Counted from the stretch's first letter, positions 27,345-36,778 are shown. The stretch is 41,455 nt of DNA from Sphingomonas sp. (GCA_036675225.1 JAKFFL010000020.1:1-41455); one strand, 5' to 3'. The notes: a model not told the origin generated them from the sequence alone. Numbers and translations are program-made.

Positions 27345-28568
27345 CTACAGCGACCATTCTGCCTGCAGCCAGAATTTGCGCGTATCGGAACCGAACCCGC
27401 GCGCATTGTAATCGGCATATTTGGCGAGCAGGCCGACGCGGCCTATCTTGAACCCGAGCGACGCGTCCCACTCCGTGCCATATTCGACATCGCCGGCGTC
27501 GCTTTCGAACTGATGGAAACCTAGAGCGGCGTTGAGGCCGCGCACGACCCTGACCTCGTCAAACTTGCGGGCGATCGAGACATAGGCATCTTCAAGACCG
27601 CCGCCGGGTGTGGTCAGGAACAAGTCGGCCCAGCCGTTGAACTTATGCAGCGTCGCCATCGGCGTCTGCACGGCGCGGCCATTGTCACTGCCGAGGCTTT
27701 CCCAGCCGGCGGTGACGGTGAACCCGTTGATCGTCGTCCCTGCCTCGAACGACCAGTAGTCGGCGGCATAATCGAACGGGTTTTGCGCATGATCGGACTG
27801 CCGGGCATAACTTGCGCGCAGCGACAGCTTTGTCTTGGCCCCCAGTGGTACCGCCGTGCTTAGCGCCAGCCCAAATGTCTGGCTGCTGTTGGCGAGAAAG
27901 ATGGCTTCGTCATAGTCGAGCAAATAGGCGAACGCCTTCGCCTGGACCGGCCCAAGCTTCGATGACAGGCCGGCGAAGACGAAATGGCCGTCGAGCGCGG
28001 TGCGCGGCCCGGAGTCGGAGCCGAAGATCGTCCGCTGGCTGATCGCGTAAGTAGCGTCAGCCGAAACCGAGCCGAGCCGAGCCTCGCCGCGGACGGCATC
28101 GAACGATTGCTCGTTCTGCCGCCAGCCCACCGATCCGACCCAGCGCTGGTCATCGATGTTGATCCGCTGCCGCCCGATGGTCACGGCCGTCTCGCCGCGC
28201 TTGTATTGGAGCTGCAGGCGATGGAGCTCGGCGCTCTCAGGATCGGCGATGACCGAATGCTCGGGCCGCCATTGCTCTTCGCCGGGTAGCGGGAATGGAA
28301 AGGCATTGTAGCCGTCGCTCAGCGCCGTCGTCCCTTCGCCTTCCGCAAGCAGCGAGAGATGACCGACCTTGGCCTCCAGCCCGGCCCGGAGCCGGAATGT
28401 CAGCGCCTGGGCGTCCAGATCCGGTTGCTCGACATTTTCGTAACGCAGACGGACGTCCAGCAACGGCTTGAGCTGCACCTTGTCGCCCTCCGTGGCAGCG
28501 GTCGCGGCACTGCCCCAGCCCAGGAGCGCGAGTGCGCCAAGGACAGCATGTGCCCGACTGAGAGTCAT
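27345..28568 (-). CDS. Outer-membrane beta-barrel porin (alginate export family)
   Basis: Signal peptide, RLRYE, GRQRINIDDQRWVGSVGWRQNEQSFD, TPMATLHKFNGWADLF, aromatic C-terminal strand; GAAGGA RBS before ATG 28568. Confidence 0.85.
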   Translation of the reverse strand: MTLSRAHAVLGALALLGWGSAATAATEGDKVQLKPLLDVRLRYENVEQPDLDAQALTFRLRAGLEAKVGHLSLLAEGEGTTALSDGYNAFPFPLPGEEQWRPEHSVIADPESAELHRLQLQYKRGETAVTIGRQRINIDDQRWVGSVGWRQNEQSFDAVRGEARLGSVSADATYAISQRTIFGSDSGPRTALDGHFVFAGLSSKLGPVQAKAFAYLLDYDEAIFLANSSQTFGLALSTAVPLGAKTKLSLRASYARQSDHAQNPFDYAADYWSFEAGTTINGFTVTAGWESLGSDNGRAVQTPMATLHKFNGWADLFLTTPGGGLEDAYVSIARKFDEVRVVRGLNAALGFHQFESDAGDVEYGTEWDASLGFKIGRVGLLAKYADYNARGFGSDTRKFWLQAEWSL

Positions 28569-28641
28569 CTGTTCGTCCTTCGCTGTATAGGCATGACTGC
28601 CTGGCGCGGGCCACGGTCTAGGCGGATCGTTCGGGCGGCCG

Positions 28642-28655
28642 ATGATTTGCGTCAA
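28642..28655. promoter_or_regulatory. FNR/FixK-type box between porin and TauE-mobA
   Basis: ATGAT-TTGC-GTCAA (8/10). Confidence 0.75.
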
Positions 28656-28710
28656 ATCCCTTGGCCGCTACCAAGGCCAACCAGACAGCTATGCACGAGG
28701 AAGCGAAGAT

Positions 28711-29451
28711 ATGGATGCGACGACGGTCGCCCTGATCGCATTGCTGATGGCGCTCGCCGCGGGCCTCTACTCGACCGTCGGCCATGGCGGAGCCTCGGCC
28801 TATCTGGCGATCATGGCCCTGTTCGCAGTCGCGCCCGAAACCATGCGGCCGACCGCTCTGGCCCTCAACCTGATCGTCGCCGGGTTCGGCAGCTGGCGCT
28901 ATTGGCGCGCCGGCCAGACCAATCTCAAGCTGCTGGCGATGTTCGCCGCCACCGCCGTGCCCGCCGCCTTCATCGGCGGCGGCATCCATGTTCCGCCGGA
29001 AATCTATCGGCCGCTGGTCGGCGTGGTGCTGTGGCTGGCCGCGTTGCGGCTGTTCTGGCAGCCGGCCGAACTTGCCGGACGCGAACTGCGCCCAGTGTCC
29101 CTGGCGGTCGCCCTTCCAGTCGGCGCGTTGCTCGGCCTTCTCGCCGGTCTCACCGGCACCGGTGGCGGCATTTTCCTCAGCCCGCTGATCATCCTGCTGC
29201 GCTGGGAAGACGCGCGCCGGACTTCGGGCGTGGTTGCCGCATTCATCCTACTCAATTCGGTCGCCGGTCTTGCCGGCAACATCGCCTCGGTTAACGCGCT
29301 CCCGACGGAGCTGCCCTTCTTCGCGCTCGCGGTGATTGCCGGGGCGCTGGTTGGAACCTGGCTGGGAGTCGGACGGCTGCCCAAGCCCCGGCTGTTGCAA
29401 TGGCTCGGTCTGGTGCTGGTGATCGCCGGCGCCAAGCTGATCTTCGCATGA
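28711..29451 (+). CDS. TauE/SafE (TSUP) family permease
   Basis: Internal repeat GHGGAS / GTGGGIFLSP, ~8 TM; GAGG RBS before ATG 28711. Confidence 0.88.
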   Translation: MDATTVALIALLMALAAGLYSTVGHGGASAYLAIMALFAVAPETMRPTALALNLIVAGFGSWRYWRAGQTNLKLLAMFAATAVPAAFIGGGIHVPPEIYRPLVGVVLWLAALRLFWQPAELAGRELRPVSLAVALPVGALLGLLAGLTGTGGGIFLSPLIILLRWEDARRTSGVVAAFILLNSVAGLAGNIASVNALPTELPFFALAVIAGALVGTWLGVGRLPKPRLLQWLGLVLVIAGAKLIFA

Positions 29452-30041
29452 GCGCGGCCAGGCCCTTGGCCATTGCGATCCTCGCCGGCGGCGAAGGCAG
29501 CCGCATCGGCGGCGGCAAGCCGCTCATCCGACTCGGATCGCAGACGCTGATCGAGCGTGCGTTCGCCCGGGCGCAGGCTTGGTCGAGCCAGATCGTTGTC
29601 GCCCTGCGCTCGCCTGCCCAGACTGGGCCCTTGGCATTTCCTTCGATCCTCGACGACCCGGCGATCGCCGGCCCGCTGGCCGCACTTGCCGCCGCTTTGC
29701 GCTGGGCCGAACAAGTAGGCGCCGACGCCCTCCTGACCATGCCCTGCGACATGCCGTTCCTCCCCGATGACCTGGCGCAGCGGCTGGGTATTGCGCGGGG
29801 CGATCATGCCGCGGCCCTGACATCGAGCGGGGGCCGGCTTCACCCGGTTTGCGGACTCTGGAGGCCCAGGGCGCTGCGGGCGATACCGGCCTATTGCGAA
29901 ACTGGCCGGCGCTCGCTCCACGGCTTCGCCGAGCATGTCGGATTTGTCGCCGTGGACTGGCCAACCGACCCCGCCGACCCGTTTTTCAACATCAACAGCC
30001 CGGCCGACCTTGCCGAAGCCGAACATATGCTCGCGGACTAG
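29448..30041 (+). CDS. mobA: Molybdenum cofactor guanylyltransferase
   Basis: ILAGGEGSRIGGGK, GPLAAL, PCDMPFL, FFNINSPADL; ATGA overlap. Confidence 0.93.
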   Translation: MSAARPLAIAILAGGEGSRIGGGKPLIRLGSQTLIERAFARAQAWSSQIVVALRSPAQTGPLAFPSILDDPAIAGPLAALAAALRWAEQVGADALLTMPCDMPFLPDDLAQRLGIARGDHAAALTSSGGRLHPVCGLWRPRALRAIPAYCETGRRSLHGFAEHVGFVAVDWPTDPADPFFNINSPADLAEAEHMLAD

Positions 30042-31225
30042 AAGTCGAGCACCGGCACAAGCTCGCCAACCGCCGACTCGGCTGCCCCGGCCGGCCGGCG
30101 GATCAGCAGGTCGGCATCGGCGAGCGTCTTCTGGGCGCTTGAATCCTGGTTCAATATAGGCTCGGCCCCGTCCCCCGCGGCGCGGGCGCGGACGAAGGTT
30201 TCGCGGTCGCCGCAGCGGGGAAGCGGCGTGCTCAAGGGCACGGCGCGCCAGCGCAGCGCCCCGCCCGGGTCCAAACCCGACAAGCCGGCGATGAGCGGCG
30301 CCAGCAGCAGCCGCGCCGTAACCAGCGCCGAGGTCGGGTTGCCGGGCAAGCCCATGACCAGCTTGTCCCCGGCCCGCCCCAGCCAGACCGGCTTGCCGGG
30401 CTTGATCGCCACCTTGGCGAAGCATAGCTCCAGGCCCTGATCGGCGAACATCGCCTTGGCGAAGTCCTTCTCGCCGACCGACGCGCCGCCCGTGACCACG
30501 ACCAGGTCGGAGCGATCAAGCGCGGGCGCCGCGGCCGCCCTCATATGCCCGAGGTCATCTGACAAATGGGTACGGCCCTCCACCGAGGCGCCCCATTCCT
30601 CGGCAAGCGCGGCCACTCCAAAAGAGACGCTTTCCGGAATCGACCCGGCCTCTGCCGCCGCCGATCCCGGCGGCGTCAGCTCATCGCCGGTGCCGAAAAT
30701 CCGAACCGACGGCCGACGCCAGGCTTCGACTTCAGCGAGGTCGGCTCCAGCGGTCGCGACCAGCTCGCGGAAGCCGAGCCGCCGGCCCGCCGGCAGGAGG
30801 ATGTCGCCAGCGTGAAAGTCGTTGCCGCGCCGGCGTACGTGTCCCGAGGAGCCCGGGTGCGCGTCGATCACGGCCATGTCGCCGTCGCGCCGGACGATTT
30901 CCTGGATAACAACCCGGTCGGCGCCATTGGGAAGCGGGGCGCCGGTGAATATCCGCGCGCACGTGCCCGGCTCGACCGTCCCGCCGAATCCCGCTCCGGC
31001 AAAGGCTTGGCCCACCACTCGCAATGCCGCCGGCAGTGCTTGCAGGTCTTCGTCTCGGACGGCGTAACCATCCATCGCCGACGCGTCCGAGGGCGGTGAA
31101 TCGACCATGGCGACGACCGGCTCGGCGAGGACGCGCCGATGCGCATCGGCGATCGTCACGCGCTCGCGTCCGACCGGCTTTGCCAGTTCGCTTACGATCG
31201 CGACCGCCTCGTCAAACGAGATCAC
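30038..31225 (-). CDS. moeA: Molybdopterin molybdotransferase
   Basis: [42 protein letters not shown]; GTG start overlapping moaC stop. Confidence 0.94.
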   Translation of the reverse strand: MISFDEAVAIVSELAKPVGRERVTIADAHRRVLAEPVVAMVDSPPSDASAMDGYAVRDEDLQALPAALRVVGQAFAGAGFGGTVEPGTCARIFTGAPLPNGADRVVIQEIVRRDGDMAVIDAHPGSSGHVRRRGNDFHAGDILLPAGRRLGFRELVATAGADLAEVEAWRRPSVRIFGTGDELTPPGSAAAEAGSIPESVSFGVAALAEEWGASVEGRTHLSDDLGHMRAAAAPALDRSDLVVVTGGASVGEKDFAKAMFADQGLELCFAKVAIKPGKPVWLGRAGDKLVMGLPGNPTSALVTARLLLAPLIAGLSGLDPGGALRWRAVPLSTPLPRCGDRETFVRARAAGDGAEPILNQDSSAQKTLADADLLIRRPAGAAESAVGELVPVLDF

Positions 31226-31698
31226 CCCGCCGACCAGCTTCCCGATCGGCCGCCGGACTTCTCGATCACCCGGATGCCCTCGATCGCCATGCACCGGTCG
31301 ACCGCCTTGAGCATGTCGAACAAGGTCAGGCAGGCGATCGACACGGCGGTCAAGGCCTCCATCTCGACCCCGGTCTGGGCGAGGGTGCGCACTTCGGCCG
31401 CAACCGCGAAGCCGGGAAGCCTGTCATCCACCTCGATCGTCACGGCGACCTTGGTCAGGCTGAGCGGATGGCACAAAGGCACCAGCTCGGCGGTCTTCTT
31501 AGCTGCCATGACGCCGGCCAGCTCCGCGGTTTGCACGACCGCGCCCTTGGGTGCACGCCCTTCGCGCACGAGAGCGAGCGTGATCTCGGCGCACCGAAGC
31601 CGGCCCTCCGCCCGAGCGGTGCGAACGGTAGTGTCCTTGTCACTCACGTCGACCATCCGCGCTCGCCCGCTGTCGCCGACATGGCTGAGGCGCGTCAT
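31222..31698 (-). CDS. moaC: Cyclic pyranopterin monophosphate synthase
   Basis: [33 protein letters not shown]. Confidence 0.96.
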   Translation of the reverse strand: MTRLSHVGDSGRARMVDVSDKDTTVRTARAEGRLRCAEITLALVREGRAPKGAVVQTAELAGVMAAKKTAELVPLCHPLSLTKVAVTIEVDDRLPGFAVAAEVRTLAQTGVEMEALTAVSIACLTLFDMLKAVDRCMAIEGIRVIEKSGGRSGSWSAG

Positions 31699-32231
31699 GC
31701 GCAAACCTCGCGGAGGCGCGGCACCTGGCCGGCCAGCGAGCAGGGCCGGTAGCGGCTGTCGAGCTCCAGGCCGAGCACCAGGTCCCAGCCGTCGCGGCAG
31801 GCACCGGTCGAGCCCGGCAGGCAGAAGATGAAGGTGTCGCCGATCTGTCCGGCAAAGGCGCGCGACTGCAGCGTCGAGACGCCGACCGTGCCCAGGCTGG
31901 CTTGGTGGAAGACGACCGAAAACCCGTCCATCTCGCGGCGAAACAGGGGCTTGACGGCTTCCGGGGTGACATCGCGCGGCGTGAACCCGGTGCCGCCGGT
32001 GGAAATAATCACGTCGATACTCTCGTCATCGGCCCAGATGCGGACCTGGCCGCGTATGGCTTCGACTTCATCGGCGACTATGGATTTGGCAGCCAGCTCA
32101 TGACCGGCCTCCTGCAGCCTGCTGGCGAGCAGGCCGCCCGAGGTATCGGTGTCCTCGGTGCGGCTGTCGGAGACAGTCAAGACGGCAATGCGCAACGGAT
32201 GGAAGGCCAGGCTTTCATCGATTCCCGCCAT
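31695..32231 (-). CDS. moaB: Molybdenum cofactor biosynthesis protein B
   Basis: [36 protein letters not shown]. Confidence 0.93.
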   Translation of the reverse strand: MAGIDESLAFHPLRIAVLTVSDSRTEDTDTSGGLLASRLQEAGHELAAKSIVADEVEAIRGQVRIWADDESIDVIISTGGTGFTPRDVTPEAVKPLFRREMDGFSVVFHQASLGTVGVSTLQSRAFAGQIGDTFIFCLPGSTGACRDGWDLVLGLELDSRYRPCSLAGQVPRLREVCA

Positions 32232-32693
32232 TCACTTGCTCCACCGCGCCCGATCGGTCTCGTCGACCAGCGTTGGCTCAATCCAGCGCGAGCCGTCAAC
32301 CGCATCCTCCCGCTTCCAGAAGACGGCATCGGTCTTCAGCCGGTCCATGGCATATTCAGCGGCCTCGAACGCAGCCCGGCGATGGGTGGCGGCAGCGGCG
32401 ACGAAGACGATCGCTTCACCTGGCCCAATTGCGCCACAGCGATGGACGATGCTGATCGCCGACACGTCGAACCGGCCACCCGCGTCCTCGGCGATCTCGC
32501 GCAGCGACGCCTCAGTCATCCGCGGGTGATGGTCGAGGAAAAGCCCGGTGACGTCCTCGCCGCCGCCGCTCGTCGGCCGGGCCGCGCCGAGAAAAGTAAC
32601 GACGGCGCCCTCGCCGGCCAGGATCGACAGGAAAGCCTGATATTCGGCTGCGGCGTCAAATGGTGAGCTCGCCAGTCGGGTATCGCAGCGCAT
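32232..32693 (-). CDS. moaE: Molybdopterin synthase catalytic subunit
   Basis: GAVVTFLG, IVHRCG.I.PGEAIV, HRRAAF, MDRLKTDAVFWKRE. Confidence 0.93.
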   Translation of the reverse strand: MRCDTRLASSPFDAAAEYQAFLSILAGEGAVVTFLGAARPTSGGGEDVTGLFLDHHPRMTEASLREIAEDAGGRFDVSAISIVHRCGAIGPGEAIVFVAAAATHRRAAFEAAEYAMDRLKTDAVFWKREDAVDGSRWIEPTLVDETDRARWSK

Positions 32694-32694
32694 G

Positions 32695-32937
32695 TCAGCC
32701 GCCTGACAAAGGCGGCAAGAACTCGACCGTCTCCGTGCCAGTCAGGGCATGCTCTTCCATCACGAAGCGGTCGGCGACGCAGGCCCGCGACCGCTGGCAA
32801 AGGTCCGCAGCAGCATTGGGAAACATGTCCGCGAGCACGCTTCGTAGTTCACGGACGGTGCCGAAACGGGCGGGCAGGTCGACGTCGACTTCCGCCCCCA
32901 GCGACTCTCTCATCCGTCCATAGAACCTGACCTTCAA
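32695..32937 (-). CDS. moaD: Molybdopterin synthase sulfur carrier subunit
   Basis: 80 aa, C-terminal FLPPLSGG; TTG start with GAAAGGA RBS. Confidence 0.92.
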   Translation of the reverse strand: MKVRFYGRMRESLGAEVDVDLPARFGTVRELRSVLADMFPNAAADLCQRSRACVADRFVMEEHALTGTETVEFLPPLSGG

Positions 32938-32985
32938 GCCTCATCCTTTCGCGTGGCACAGCTATCGAGCCGCTTTGCGGTTCCG

Positions 32986-32999
32986 ATGATCCATATCAA
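32986..32999. promoter_or_regulatory. FNR/FixK-type box between moaD and hemN
   Basis: ATGAT-CCAT-ATCAA (9/10). Confidence 0.85.
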
Positions 33000-33035
33000 T
33001 GTCCCGCCAGGGCCGCCGCCGCAAGGGCGCCAGGC

Positions 33036-34361
33036 ATGTGGCCTTATCATCCCGAGCTGCTGGCAGCACCCGTCCCGCGCTACACCAGCTACCCGACCGC
33101 GGCCGAGTTCGACGGGCGCGTCGGCGAGGCCGACCAGCGCGCCGGTCTGACGGCGATCGATGCCGACGAGCCGCTCTCGCTTTATATCCATATCCCCTAT
33201 TGCCGGGAGATCTGCTGGTATTGCGGCTGCAACACCGGCGCCGCCAACCGGGTGCAGCGACTCGCGCATTACCTCGAGCGACTGTCCCAGGAGATCGAGC
33301 TGGTCGCCGGCGCGCTCGGTGGCCGCGGCAAGGTCGTGCGGATTGCCTTTGGTGGCGGCAGCCCCAACGCCATTGCGCCGCACCAGTTCACTGCGCTGGT
33401 CGATCGCGTCCTGCTGGCCTTTCCGCAGGGAGCTCGACCCATGCTGTCCGTCGAAATCGATCCCCGTGGGTTCGACAAGGATTTCGCCGCCGCTTTGGCT
33501 GCGGCCAGGGTGACCCGTGCCAGCCTCGGGGTCCAGACCTTCGACCCGAAAGTGCAGGCCGCGATCGGCCGTGTCCAGCCGCGAGAGACGATCGAGCAAG
33601 CGGTCGGACTGCTGCGCGGCGCCGGCATCACATCGCTCAATTTCGACTTCATGTACGGCCTGCCGCACCAGGACGAGAATGCGCTGCTCGACAGCCTGGC
33701 GATCGGGCAGGAGCTGGGTGCCGACCGGCTGGCGGTGTTCGGTTACGCCCACGTCCCCGACTTGATCCCACGCCAGCGGCGGATCGATTCCGGCGCCCTG
33801 CCCGACGCAGCCATGCGCTTCCGGCAGGCGGCGCTCGCCCACGAATGGCTGAGCGGCAGAGGCTGGCTGCCGGTCGGCTTCGACCATTTCGCGCGGAGAC
33901 ATGACCCCCTCGCGACCGCCAGGCGGGAAAAGCGTGTGCGCCGCAACTTCCAGGGCTTCACCGACGATCCTTGCGAAACCTTGGTTGGCCTGGGCGCCTC
34001 GGCCATCAGCCGCTTCGCCAGCTGCCTGGCGCAGAACGAGCGCAACAGCGGCCGCTACGGGATGCTGGTCGGCACGGGTCGCCTGGCGGGCGTACGCGGG
34101 ATCGCGACGCCGCCGGCCGAGCGTCACCGCGGGCGGCTGATCGAGCAATTGCTGTGCCTGGGCGAAGCCGACCTCGATGGCCTTGCCGACCGACCGCTAA
34201 TGCGCCGGGCGCTTGAGCCGTTCGAGGCCGCCGGCCTGATCGGCTGGAGCGGCTGGCGCCTCGCCGTCGCTCCCGCCGGCCTGCCCTATGCGCGGACCAT
34301 CGCCGCCACGTTCGACCGTTGGCGGACCGCCTCGCCGGCGCGCTTTTCCAGCGCCGTGTGA
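33036..34361 (+). CDS. hemN: Oxygen-independent coproporphyrinogen III oxidase
   Basis: PRYTSYPTA, YIHIPYCREICWYCGC, GGGSP, YAHVP, RRNFQGF, GASAIS. Confidence 0.94.
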   Translation: MWPYHPELLAAPVPRYTSYPTAAEFDGRVGEADQRAGLTAIDADEPLSLYIHIPYCREICWYCGCNTGAANRVQRLAHYLERLSQEIELVAGALGGRGKVVRIAFGGGSPNAIAPHQFTALVDRVLLAFPQGARPMLSVEIDPRGFDKDFAAALAAARVTRASLGVQTFDPKVQAAIGRVQPRETIEQAVGLLRGAGITSLNFDFMYGLPHQDENALLDSLAIGQELGADRLAVFGYAHVPDLIPRQRRIDSGALPDAAMRFRQAALAHEWLSGRGWLPVGFDHFARRHDPLATARREKRVRRNFQGFTDDPCETLVGLGASAISRFASCLAQNERNSGRYGMLVGTGRLAGVRGIATPPAERHRGRLIEQLLCLGEADLDGLADRPLMRRALEPFEAAGLIGWSGWRLAVAPAGLPYARTIAATFDRWRTASPARFSSAV

Positions 34362-34452
34362 ACCCCGCCCCGCGAGCGCCTTACCGTGACAAATGGCCGG
34401 TCATATGGTCTGTTGCCGTGCCGGCAGCGGGGTCGGCACGTGCGAGGGGCAG

Positions 34453-36075
34453 ATGGAAGCTGGTCCGCTTCAACCATCGGGACGGGTGATCGCGGGCGGG
34501 CGGCTGCTGCTCGCCTGCCTGTTCCTGATTGCCATCTGGGCGGACGCCAGCCAGCCGGCGCGGGCGCAAGCGGCAACCTACGGCTTGCTCAGCGCCTATG
34601 TCCTCTGGTCGCTGGCAGTGACGCTCCTGGTCTGGAAAGACTGGTGGCACGACGCCCAGCTGGCCGCGCCCGCCCATGTCATCGATGTCGCTGTCTTCAT
34701 GGTCATGCTCTATTCGACCGAAGGCTATACCAGCCCCTATTTCACCTTTTTCATCTTCATCCTGCTGGCCGCCGCCATTCGCTGGGGCTGGAAGGAAACG
34801 GCCATCACCGCCGCGGCGATCATCGCGGTCTATTCCGCCGCCGGCCTGCTGTTCGGCCCCTCGCCGATATTCGAGGTCGAACGGTTCATCGTCCGGACCG
34901 GGCATTTGCTGATCATTTCGGCGATCCTGATCTGGTTCGGGGCCAACCAGTGGATGGCCGGGCCGCGGCTGAGGTCGATCGCGGAAAAGCCTGGCCTGGT
35001 CGGCGGCGATCCCTTTACGGCGGCGCTGCAGGCAGGGATGGCGGCAACCGCGGCACGACGGGGACTGCTGATCTGGCGCGAGGCCACCGACGAGGAAACC
35101 CGGTCGGTGCGGCTTTCCGGCGAAGGATCGAGCCGCTCCGTTCTCGCCGGCGCGACCCCCTTGCCCGAGCTTCCCGGCAGCTTGCTGTTCGAATTGCGCC
35201 GGGACCGCGTCTTGCTGCGGGCCGACGCCAGCCGATGGCGGTTCCTCCGCGCCTCCGAAGCGTTCCCCGCGCCGCTCAAGGACCTTGTCGGCGACAGCGA
35301 AGGCCTGGCCGTACCGATCGCCACCGGGACGGTTCGCGGCATTGCCTTCTTTCAGGACATCCGCGCGCTTTCCACCGATCATCTGGACTTCTCGCCCCGC
35401 CTGGCCCGCGATCTCGCCGCTCAGCTTCAGGAGGCGGCGCTGTTCGCCGCGGTCGAGGAACGCAGCATGGCCAAGGCCCGGGTCGCGGTCGCCCGCGACC
35501 TCCACGACAGCGTCGTGCAGTTTCTCGCCGGCCTCGGTTTCCAGCTCGAAGCACTGAAGCGGTCGCCGGCGGCCAAGGGCGCGCTCGGCAAGGGCCTGAC
35601 CGAGCTCAAGGAGGCGGTGATCGAGGAGCAGCGCTATTTGCGGGCGTTCATCCGTGGCCTCAGGACCGGTGGCTCGGTCTCGCTTCGCACGCTGTCGCGC
35701 GACTGCAGCTCGTTGTGCCAGCTGCTGGCGCGGCAGTGGGACATCGACTGCAGCTTTGCTTCCAGGGCCGCGTCGAGATCGGTGACGATGCGCACGCAGA
35801 TCGATATCCAGCATCTGGTGCGGGAAGCGGTGGCCAATGCCGCCCGGCACGGCGACGCCACGCGGGTCGCGGTGTCGCTCGGCACCGAAGGCGACCAGCT
35901 CCGCCTGACGATCGCCGACGACGGGCGGGGGTTCGCGGCCGAGCCTGGCGAGGAGCTCGCTTTGCCCGCCTCATTGAACGGACGAGTGCGCGAGGCCGGC
36001 GGAGGGCTCGAGGTCAGCCGCGCCGACGGCGAGACCGCGATCGTCATCCGCCTTCCGCTGGAGAAAGTGCGATGA
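34453..36075 (+). CDS. Multi-TM sensor histidine kinase (HisKA_3 type)
   Basis: ~5 N-terminal TM, ARDLHDSVVQ H-box, EAVANAARHG, DDGRGF; GAGGGG RBS before ATG 34453. Confidence 0.88.
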   Translation: MEAGPLQPSGRVIAGGRLLLACLFLIAIWADASQPARAQAATYGLLSAYVLWSLAVTLLVWKDWWHDAQLAAPAHVIDVAVFMVMLYSTEGYTSPYFTFFIFILLAAAIRWGWKETAITAAAIIAVYSAAGLLFGPSPIFEVERFIVRTGHLLIISAILIWFGANQWMAGPRLRSIAEKPGLVGGDPFTAALQAGMAATAARRGLLIWREATDEETRSVRLSGEGSSRSVLAGATPLPELPGSLLFELRRDRVLLRADASRWRFLRASEAFPAPLKDLVGDSEGLAVPIATGTVRGIAFFQDIRALSTDHLDFSPRLARDLAAQLQEAALFAAVEERSMAKARVAVARDLHDSVVQFLAGLGFQLEALKRSPAAKGALGKGLTELKEAVIEEQRYLRAFIRGLRTGGSVSLRTLSRDCSSLCQLLARQWDIDCSFASRAASRSVTMRTQIDIQHLVREAVANAARHGDATRVAVSLGTEGDQLRLTIADDGRGFAAEPGEELALPASLNGRVREAGGGLEVSRADGETAIVIRLPLEKVR

Positions 36076-36692
36076 TCACCACCGTCCTCATTGTCGACGA
36101 CCATCCGATGATCCGGTCGGCCGTCGCCAGCTTGCTCGACGGCAGCAAATTTTCCGTCGCCGGCAGTGCCGGCACCGCGGAATCGGCGGTAAGGGCGATT
36201 CGCGAGCGCGACCCGGGCATTGTCATCCTCGACCTCGCCATGCCCGGCGGATCCGGCCTCGACGTCCTGCGACAGCTGCGCGCGCACGGCGATTTCCGAG
36301 CGGTGGTCATCCTCACCGCCGCCATCGACGACTACCAGCTCGGCGAGGCGATGAAACTGGCGGTCAACGGAATCGTCCTGAAGGACAATGACCCGGCGTT
36401 CCTGCTCGAATGTTTGGAATCGGTGCGCGACGGTTGCCCGTGGCTCGACCCCGATGTCGCGGCGCGGACCCGCGAGCTGGACAGGCGCCGGCCAGGCGCT
36501 GCGTTGTCGCCACGCGAGCGGCAGCTAGTGGCGCTGGTCGCTTTGGGCCTGCGCAACCGCGAGATCGCCAGCGAGCTCGGCATCACCGAAGGCACGGTGA
36601 AGGTCTATCTCCATGCGATCTTCGACAAGCTCGGAGTCGCCAACCGCACCGAGCTGGCCGTCCGTGCTGGCGAGGAAGGGCTCGGCGGATGA
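36072..36692 (+). CDS. NarL/LuxR-family response regulator
   Basis: VDDHPMIR, LDLAMP, LSPRE...GLRNREIA..TVKVYL; ATGA overlap with kinase. Confidence 0.93.
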   Translation: MITTVLIVDDHPMIRSAVASLLDGSKFSVAGSAGTAESAVRAIRERDPGIVILDLAMPGGSGLDVLRQLRAHGDFRAVVILTAAIDDYQLGEAMKLAVNGIVLKDNDPAFLLECLESVRDGCPWLDPDVAARTRELDRRRPGAALSPRERQLVALVALGLRNREIASELGITEGTVKVYLHAIFDKLGVANRTELAVRAGEEGLGG

Positions 36693-36763
36693 ATGGTGGA
36701 GGCGCGCGCCAGACCGGGACAGAATGCCCCGCCAGGCGCCGCGGGTTTGACTAAGCCCCACAT

Positions 36764-36778
36764 TTAATGGGAAGTTAA
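36764..36778. promoter_or_regulatory. CtrA binding site
   Basis: TTAA-TGGGAAG-TTAA, exact TTAA-N7-TTAA in a GC-rich intergenic region. Confidence 0.75.

Noticed and set aside
27345-28568. Alginate biosynthesis locus
   Set aside because: Only the barrel family matches; no alginate synthase, epimerase or lyase genes are nearby
34386-36692. 768-aa ORF suggesting a giant response regulator
   Set aside because: The first ~560 codons are an Arg-rich alternate frame over the kinase; the real start is the ATGA overlap at 36072
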